Assembly (NCBI GenBank): GCA_046757025.1
Contig: JBHHXN010000154.1
Span: 1 to 12,316, forward strand
DNA length: 12,316 nt
DNA from: a bacterium
GTDB taxonomy: Bacteria; Zhuqueibacterota; Zhuqueibacteria; Oceanimicrobiales; Oceanimicrobiaceae
Direction of reading: 5' to 3'
Shown here: positions 7,701 through 12,316 of the stretch, piece after piece
How positions within the stretch are numbered: the stretch's first letter is position 1
Layout: each line of letters begins with the position of its first letter
Program-made: the position numbers and the translations under genes
The notes under the pieces: generated by a model
Databases searched by the model: none
What the model was told of the DNA's origin: nothing
The model's input: the letters and a program-made list of their open reading frames with translations, nothing else

Positions 7701-8355
7701 GTTCAGATGCGATCCGATTTTGTTCACCCTTTCCACCGACCAGCAAAATCGTCAGATGGAGTTGACATTTCCAGCTTTTGAGCGCTACCTCCGTATCTCT
7801 AATCACGGTCTGACGGAAATTCAAGCCACGCTCAATGGGCTCGCTTTCCTGCTTTTAACCTCGCCTTCCAAAGTCGAACAGGAGCTAAATTCGTATCTCT
7901 TGCCCCAGAATGGCGCCGTCACCATGGATCTGCAAAACCATTTGCAAAGCGGTGAAAATCATCTAAAACTCGCTTTTGCCGGTGGCGCGGGTTCAAAGGC
8001 GGATTTGATGCTCATCGACCAGGCAAACAACGTGGATTACGTTCTGGAAATCCGCACCTTGCCATCGGAATTTCATCTGGCGCAAAATTTCCCCAATCCG
8101 TTTAATCCCACAACCAAAATTCGATTTGAAATACCCGAAAGATTGACGCAAGGCACGCGTGTTCGATTGCAAATTTTCAATTTGTTGGGAGAGCGGCTGG
8201 TGACGCTGGTGGATGAGATCAAATACCCGGGCCTGTACACGGTGGAATGGGACGCCCGCGATGCCAACCAGGAGGCGGTGGCCACAGGAATTTATATCTA
8301 TCGCATGGTCGCGGAGGATTTTCAGGCCACCCGCCGGTTGATATTGTTAAAATAG
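4762..8355 (+). CDS. Large secreted/surface protein: signal peptide, uncharacterised beta-rich N-terminal domain, Big_1/invasin-like Ig domain, five Cys-rich Ig-like repeats, C-terminal FlgD-Ig/T9SS type A sorting-like tail (1197 aa)
   Basis: GGAG RBS at 4751-4754; signal peptide ending LAFS|Q; 'HTVTATVIDKNG...V.ITVVSGPNAG...YTG..AGTDSI' is Big_1-like; repeats have the pattern C.V.I.SP...PPF....VNG....F...VPL..G.N.I...D..G....C.DTI.V.R; tail FHLAQNFPNPFNPTTKIRFEIP...IFNLLGE.L.TL...WDARD....VATGIYIYRM...TRRLILLK. Confidence 0.85.
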   Translation: MKVKLNRRRIPFFLTILFLAVSQLAFSQKIPGTMKKNRTKLAQTAASLQPFFRVTGRVSVSVDGVGFLGSDSLIQVNKPPGATVRKAFLAAASTGTSERKLNDGDVEINGFPVEWDSLQTTVNSIFSFNHLADVTAIVEGIVDSASAGRIDLSITEKISEDIDGEILVVVFDDENLLEDNTVILFFGAQDFAPDEFEIQLDNPLDFSKPELSLEMGLGISFSFQKGIPSTMDQFSTVSVNGSLLTRRAGGQDDGKGDNGALLTVGGLGDCDVNPLPNSQSNPSFRVDDELYNLKPFVSNGESVIRVQTINPSRDDNIFFAWFFLHFPEDAGEQILLQPATAANPLGAEHTVTATVIDKNGHVIDCGIVNITVVSGPNAGQSVTQELNENEPAFLAYTGQKAGTDSIAGYFVNSRGDTVRAKMVAKTWVRAPVCEVIIDSPPNDAFICKNSVLVTGTVTVTDGLPPFNQICTVNGIPVSLVDGAFSVTVPLMPGANSIEAVCVITDSLGSSTQCQDTITVKRSPELNCSVEIISPVDSTTVRTDSIEVSGVIKINQGSPPFTIAVKVNGFAASRTDSLFQVTVPLELGWNTLIAKSVVIDSCGNQTLCTDTVMVRREPGGKDTLLCSVTITAPADNQRVCQDSVQVDGVIRINGTDPPFAIECEVNGVPAVVSDTTFQAMVPLQFNNNLIIATCTIKDAVGRTAVCKDSIQVSRLMPPQCDVKIVSPQDSTVVTADSIEIRVLTNIEQGAPPLVVDCQVNGVVATKIDSFFIATVPLEIGENTITATSTVLDSCGFQSTCSDTITVFREREPLACQIEITTPEEQAVVCDSLLPVAGVVKIINGTPPFAIECEINSNLASVTDNNFNAIVPLTSGENQIRIKCTVTDQLGAQTVCLDTVQVIFDDIPPTCTFTDAGAFVTGTFTDLESGLFAIEAPRLRNATLTVDPFTPGQQTVSFRIDAIDPSKPKGFVLDGVDVCGNVFRCDPILFTLSTDQQNRQMELTFPAFERYLRISNHGLTEIQATLNGLAFLLLTSPSKVEQELNSYLLPQNGAVTMDLQNHLQSGENHLKLAFAGGAGSKADLMLIDQANNVDYVLEIRTLPSEFHLAQNFPNPFNPTTKIRFEIPERLTQGTRVRLQIFNLLGERLVTLVDEIKYPGLYTVEWDARDANQEAVATGIYIYRMVAEDFQATRRLILLK
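6058..7470 (+). repeat. Five tandem ~95-aa Ig-like protein repeats, diverged at DNA level
   Basis: Repeat-initial Cys codons at 6058, 6340, 6634, 6916 and 7201, with conserved PPF/PPL, VNG, VPL and terminal C-x-D-[TS] motifs. Confidence 0.9.
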
Positions 8356-8445
8356 TTTTTTACTTATGCGGGATTTTGGGATCGACCATTGTTCGGATAG
8401 TGACGAATTTGAGCGCTTACAATCCCGTCAGGATTTATCAGATGT

Positions 8446-8497
8446 GTGTTCACGCTTTAGCGTGCGCTGCTGCCTGCGTAAGCTGAAGCCAGAACAC
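8446..8497. repeat. REP/REPIN-like inverted doublet between convergent genes
   Basis: Left unit GTGTTCACGCTTTAGCGTG contains the hairpin CACGC-TTTA-GCGTG. The right unit on the minus strand reads GTGTTCTGGCTTCAGCTT. Both share GTGTTC-NN-GCTTYAGC. Confidence 0.5.
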
Positions 8498-8509
8498 CAA
8501 GTCGCATCC

Positions 8510-10339
8510 TCATCGCCGACGTTCCGCCGCATTTACATTTTCTCTAATGAAAATACGCTTTGGTGTGCGATTATTCTCCTCATCAATCTCCGCTACTGTT
8601 TCGTCCACATCCGCCTCAACCAGAATATTTTTCCAACCAGCCAAACCAGTGGGAATGGTGATTCGCAGAGAATCTCGCAGGAGGCCTTCAAATTGCAAAT
8701 CCTGAGTATGGATAGCGCTGCTTTTCGCTAAGAAGATGGGAATCACGCCGATGGTGTCCGCAGAAGAGGTGATGGAGAGCTGTTCGCGGTAGGTCTCCAT
8801 GACGGTGTTGCGGCCGATATTTTTCACTTCCCAGCTCACCCAGATTTCCTCACCCGCAAAAGCCGAATCCGGCGCAGAGACGTTCACGATCACCAGATCT
8901 TTTTCCGTGAAAATGTCGATAGGCTGTGTTGCAAGGTTATTATTTTCATCCTGTTCGGGGACTCTGTCATCCGCATCCACCTGTATGATCAGGAAATACG
9001 CACCCGGTGTCAGTGTGTCCGGAAAAGGGACCTCTGCAGAAGCGTCATGCGTTTGCCCAGTCGCTAACGGCGACGTGTGCTCAAATTGCTCGAGCAACAG
9101 GGCATTGGAAACGGATTCCTTGGCGCCGAGCCAGATTCGGTCAATAAAATTCTCCGAAGTGGATCGAGTTCCCTGATTCTGCAGGCGCCAATCGATGACC
9201 ACCGTTTCACCCACACGAATGGAATCCGGCGCCTGCAATTTCTGTACCACCAGATCGGACCGTTGTGGTGGTTCGATCGAAATCATCCGCGAACCCTGAT
9301 TGTTGGTCGTGTCTTGTTCCAAAACCGAATTCTCCACATTGGTTTTGACCAAAAGGTAGTGTGGTCCCGGAACCAACCCTTCCGGCAACGCCACTTTCAG
9401 GGTCACCGAGCTGGACAGGCTCGATGGCAAACCCTGCGGATGCACAAATCGAGCGAGTCCTCTGGCGCCGTTGAACGAATCCCTGTCGTTGATCCAGAGT
9501 GAATCGGTAAAACTCCCTGAGATCTCTTTGGCGCTGGCATTTTTAACTTGCCAACTGATAGTCAGAGAATCGCTTAGCTGCAACGAGGGCGGAGCGTCAA
9601 TTTGTAAAAGCTGCAGGTCGAAAATGGTTTCTGCGGCTTTTTTGACTTCATTGCTGGCGGCGAACAAGCCGGTTGAATCAAACACAAAAATTTTGTAGAA
9701 ATAATCGATTTCCGGCAAAATAGAGTCGTCCAGAAATTCGGTGTCGCTGTTCAAACTGGATGCAAACATCAGGTCGGAATTGAAATCGACGCCAGCCTGC
9801 TCACTGCGAAACAAGCGGTACGCAGCGAAATCTGTATCGTGGTTCGAAGTCCAGGATAAAGTCACGGAAGTGCGCGTTGCGGCTTTGATGGCCAGCTCAA
9901 TTGCTGAGGGCTTTTTCGATTGCAGCTCAATATTGACTTCGAAACCGTCGTTCAGGGTGTTCACGGTATCGGCGCCGCAATAGGTAATCTGGCCGGTTTC
10001 GTTAAAGGCATTTGCAAAAAAGATGCGGTTGCGACCCTGGCTCACTTCAACCGTGCCGGTCGCAATGGAATCGGCGAGGGTCAGCTCCTTGGTGATCTTC
10101 TCGAAATTTTCAGCTTCATCCAGAGCGGTTACGTCCAAAGTCACTCTGGTAATCGCAGCAAAGGTCGCTTTTTTAGGATGTTGCAGGCTCGCTGGTATTT
10201 CGATTTCCAGATTCACCAGCACTTTGCTTCCCGAATCTGTGGGATTGCCCGAAAAACATGAAGCAAAAAATGATGACCACAGCGCTGCGAAAACTGCACT
10301 ACCAGCCGCCCGCAGCAGGCGTTTATGATAACATCTCAT
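8510..10339 (-). CDS. Lipoprotein with N-terminal beta-sandwich, fibronectin type III domain and three CARDB-like Ig domains (609 aa)
   Basis: Basic n-region plus lipobox FFAS|C; FN3 motifs VTLSWT..DFAAYRLFRS...YFYKIFVFD..G..AASN; three units DL.....AP.S...G....I.W.V.N.G ending EQDTTNN / EQDENNN / EIDEENN. Confidence 0.82.
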   Translation of the reverse strand: MRCYHKRLLRAAGSAVFAALWSSFFASCFSGNPTDSGSKVLVNLEIEIPASLQHPKKATFAAITRVTLDVTALDEAENFEKITKELTLADSIATGTVEVSQGRNRIFFANAFNETGQITYCGADTVNTLNDGFEVNIELQSKKPSAIELAIKAATRTSVTLSWTSNHDTDFAAYRLFRSEQAGVDFNSDLMFASSLNSDTEFLDDSILPEIDYFYKIFVFDSTGLFAASNEVKKAAETIFDLQLLQIDAPPSLQLSDSLTISWQVKNASAKEISGSFTDSLWINDRDSFNGARGLARFVHPQGLPSSLSSSVTLKVALPEGLVPGPHYLLVKTNVENSVLEQDTTNNQGSRMISIEPPQRSDLVVQKLQAPDSIRVGETVVIDWRLQNQGTRSTSENFIDRIWLGAKESVSNALLLEQFEHTSPLATGQTHDASAEVPFPDTLTPGAYFLIIQVDADDRVPEQDENNNLATQPIDIFTEKDLVIVNVSAPDSAFAGEEIWVSWEVKNIGRNTVMETYREQLSITSSADTIGVIPIFLAKSSAIHTQDLQFEGLLRDSLRITIPTGLAGWKNILVEADVDETVAEIDEENNRTPKRIFIRENVNAAERRR

Positions 10340-10353
10340 GATTTTGATTGAAT

Positions 10354-11127
10354 TTAATTTTCCTCGGGTAACTTGATTTTAACGGTTCCAGTAACCGTTT
10401 TATTGGGGCGGTCGATTATCAACGGCGAAGTGAGCGCGATGACAGGTGGAATCAGGCAGACCCAGCAAAAACCGCCATCCAGTGGATTGGTCCATATTTT
10501 CATATTTGAAACAATCGAGGCAAAATAAGTCGGGTCGGGATTAAACGCCGGTACCGAGGTGCCGCTGACAAAAGCCGCGGTATTAGCGCCCACCAAAATC
10601 GTACTATCAGAGGCCGTAAATTTAACCGTCCCATTGATAACCAAAAGTTCAGTGGTATCCTTTTCCGGGAAATAGCGCATCAACAATTCTGTGCCAGGCA
10701 CGCCAGCCGAAGTGGTATTCGTTTCGATATAATATTCACCAGCGCCGGCCCGCTTTCTTTTATTCATGAAAATCTCGCCTTTTTCCAATTTAATTTTGTT
10801 ATTGACAAGGATGGTGATCGTGGTATTTTCGTTGATTTTCACATATCGATCGTTGCCGAATTTTAATTTCACGCTCACATCTTTTTTTGTGATCACCTGG
10901 TCGTCTTTAATAAGTTTAACTTTTTTCTTTAAGAGAAATTCCTGTGGATTCAATCCACTCCGTAAAACCTTACCGTGTTCAAAAGTAGGCTTTTTCAATG
11001 TTTTATTTTTATTATTTTTAAAAACATTGACTTTTAAAATCTCACCAACCACAGGTTGTTGGCACCATCCCGCTGTTGAGAAAGTATGGAGAAAAAATAC
11101 CAAACCAATTAAGTGCAATTTATTCAT
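10354..11127 (-). CDS. Exported FecR-domain protein with C-terminal hydrophobic segment (257 aa)
   Basis: ATG 11127 is preceded by AAAGGT and gives a signal peptide MNKLHLIGLVFFLHTFSTAGWC-QQ, so it is preferred over the ORF-track start at 11196. FecR motifs: DDQVIT...VKLKFGND..VKINENT, IKLEKGEIF, IETNTTSAGVPGTEL, TELLVINGTVKF. The 14-bp gap to the lipoprotein gene implies an operon. Confidence 0.8.
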   Translation of the reverse strand: MNKLHLIGLVFFLHTFSTAGWCQQPVVGEILKVNVFKNNKNKTLKKPTFEHGKVLRSGLNPQEFLLKKKVKLIKDDQVITKKDVSVKLKFGNDRYVKINENTTITILVNNKIKLEKGEIFMNKRKRAGAGEYYIETNTTSAGVPGTELLMRYFPEKDTTELLVINGTVKFTASDSTILVGANTAAFVSGTSVPAFNPDPTYFASIVSNMKIWTNPLDGGFCWVCLIPPVIALTSPLIIDRPNKTVTGTVKIKLPEEN

Positions 11128-11514
11128 AAAAACCTTTAATTTTTCACGGTTTGACGTTAGTTTCAAGACACTTTTCTTGAAGCTGGAAAAATACAACGTG
11201 AAATGTCTCTAATGCAGTTATTGATAAACCGAATGATGTATTCAGGAAAGGAATTAAGCGTTATCAATAAATCGGATAAAAAGGTAACACTTCTGGTTTT
11301 AAAAAGCAATTATTTTTTCAGAAATCACATACTGCCAACGCCCTTTCATTCGTTCGGGAAGGCACAGTTTTTACTTTATTTTACAAACTGGATTATTTAT
11401 ATTTATGTTCACACACAATAAACCATTTCACGAATCAAAATAAAAGTGAGCCGAATCATCTTTCCGCAAATTATCGAAGGATGAACTCTGTGCACCACAC
11501 AAAGGGAGGGAAAC

Positions 11515-12316
11515 GTGCGTTTTTATAAACAATATTTCTTGATCTTATTTAGTCTGTTAGCCGTTTCGCCGGGCTGCAAAAAATCAGCGGATACGCAAAA
11601 CCAAAACGCCGCTGGCCAGGAGTCCATCAAATCCGACGCCAAAGCGCTGGCGGTGGTGGATGAAATGTGGCAGGCCCTGGGGGGAAAACAGAATTGGCAG
11701 AATACGCGTTATCTGAGTTTTCATTGGAAGGCGGAAAGAGATGGCAATCTGGTTGCGCACTACCGCCACGACTGGGACCGTCACACCAATCGCTATCGGG
11801 TGGAGGGCACCGACCGGCAGGGTCGGCATTTTGTGGCGTTGTTCGACACCAAGACCAAACTTGGCGATGTGTACTTAAAGGGTTCGAAAATGCCAGAGGA
11901 CTCCACCAAAATTCAGATGCTGGAACGCGCTTACCAGCGGTTCATCAACGACAGCTACTGGCTCATCATGCCGTACAAACTCAACGACCCGGGCGTGATT
12001 TTGAAATACGGGGGGGAACGCCAGGTGGCGGAAAAAACTTACGACGTTATTGAGATCACGTTCGAGAACGTCGGGCTCACACCCGGTGACACCTACTGGG
12101 CTTTCATCGACAAAGCCGACCGCCTGATGCACAAATGGGAGTACGTGCTGCAAAATCGCCAGCCACCGCCCACCGTGGTCTGGTGGCAAGACTGGCAGAG
12201 TTTTGACGGCATTAAGCTGGCGTTAAACCGAAAAATTGAAAACCGCCCGGCGCGAATTTATTTTGAAGATGTCAAAGTATCTACTCTGGTGGACGAAGCG
12301 GTTTTTCAGATGACGA
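11515..12316 (+). CDS. Lipoprotein, DUF6503/LolA-fold-like family, truncated by the window edge
   Basis: Absent from the ORF track because there is no stop in the window. Translated by hand: GGGAGG RBS, GTG 11515, MRFYKQYFLILFSLLAVSPG|CKKS..., SDAKALAVVDEMWQALGGKQNW, HDWDRHTNRYRVE, FINDSYWLIMPYKLNDPGVILKY, FENVGLTPGDTYW. The frame is open to 12316. Confidence 0.8.
   Translation, partial: MRFYKQYFLILFSLLAVSPGCKKSADTQNQNAAGQESIKSDAKALAVVDEMWQALGGKQNWQNTRYLSFHWKAERDGNLVAHYRHDWDRHTNRYRVEGTDRQGRHFVALFDTKTKLGDVYLKGSKMPEDSTKIQMLERAYQRFINDSYWLIMPYKLNDPGVILKYGGERQVAEKTYDVIEITFENVGLTPGDTYWAFIDKADRLMHKWEYVLQNRQPPPTVVWWQDWQSFDGIKLALNRKIENRPARIYFEDVKVSTLVDEAVFQMT

Noticed and set aside
8366..8731. 121-aa + strand ORF across the convergent junction
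   Set aside because: Overlaps the lipoprotein gene antisense and the REP-like element, with no protein-like features
589..10328. Numerous 60-150 aa antisense or alternate-frame ORFs inside the long genes
   Set aside because: Fully nested in well-supported CDSs, with no recognisable motifs
11128..11196. ORF-track N-terminal extension of the FecR gene
   Set aside because: ATG 11127 has an RBS and gives a proper signal peptide; the extension has neither
11584..12189. Three short ORFs (11584-11829 -, 11667-12053 +, 11875-12189 -)
   Set aside because: Shadow frames of the real CDS starting at 11515
1..12316. CRISPR array, tRNA/rRNA, transposase/integrase, reverse transcriptase or DGR repeat pair
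   Set aside because: No regularly spaced repeats, RNA-gene signatures, recombinase or RT motifs, or near-identical long DNA repeats were seen

Overview
Accessory-looking bacterial locus, probably from the FCB group (KSB1/Calditrichota-like, inferred only from a 'QNFPNPFNPTT...GIYIYR' C-terminal tail and Gln after the signal peptide). There are six real CDSs. (1) A TIR protein with one catalytic-looking TIR and two degenerate TIR/DUF4062-like domains, translationally coupled (TGATG) to (2) an nSTAND1-type NTPase with no N-terminal effector, whose C-terminal sensor is TM + CHASE2 + 3TM. (3) A 1197-aa secreted protein with five Cys-patterned Ig-like repeats and a FlgD/T9SS-type tail. Convergent on these are (4) an FN3 + 3x CARDB lipoprotein and (5) an exported FecR-domain protein. 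(6) A divergent DUF6503/LolA-like lipoprotein runs off the right edge and is missing from the ORF track. The most interesting hypothesis is a membrane-spanning NLR-like system: CHASE2 senses an extracytoplasmic cue, the STAND NTPase switches, and a separately encoded TIR acts as effector, possibly with the FecR protein and surface proteins as input partners. Domain calls come from motif recognition by eye; no searches were run.
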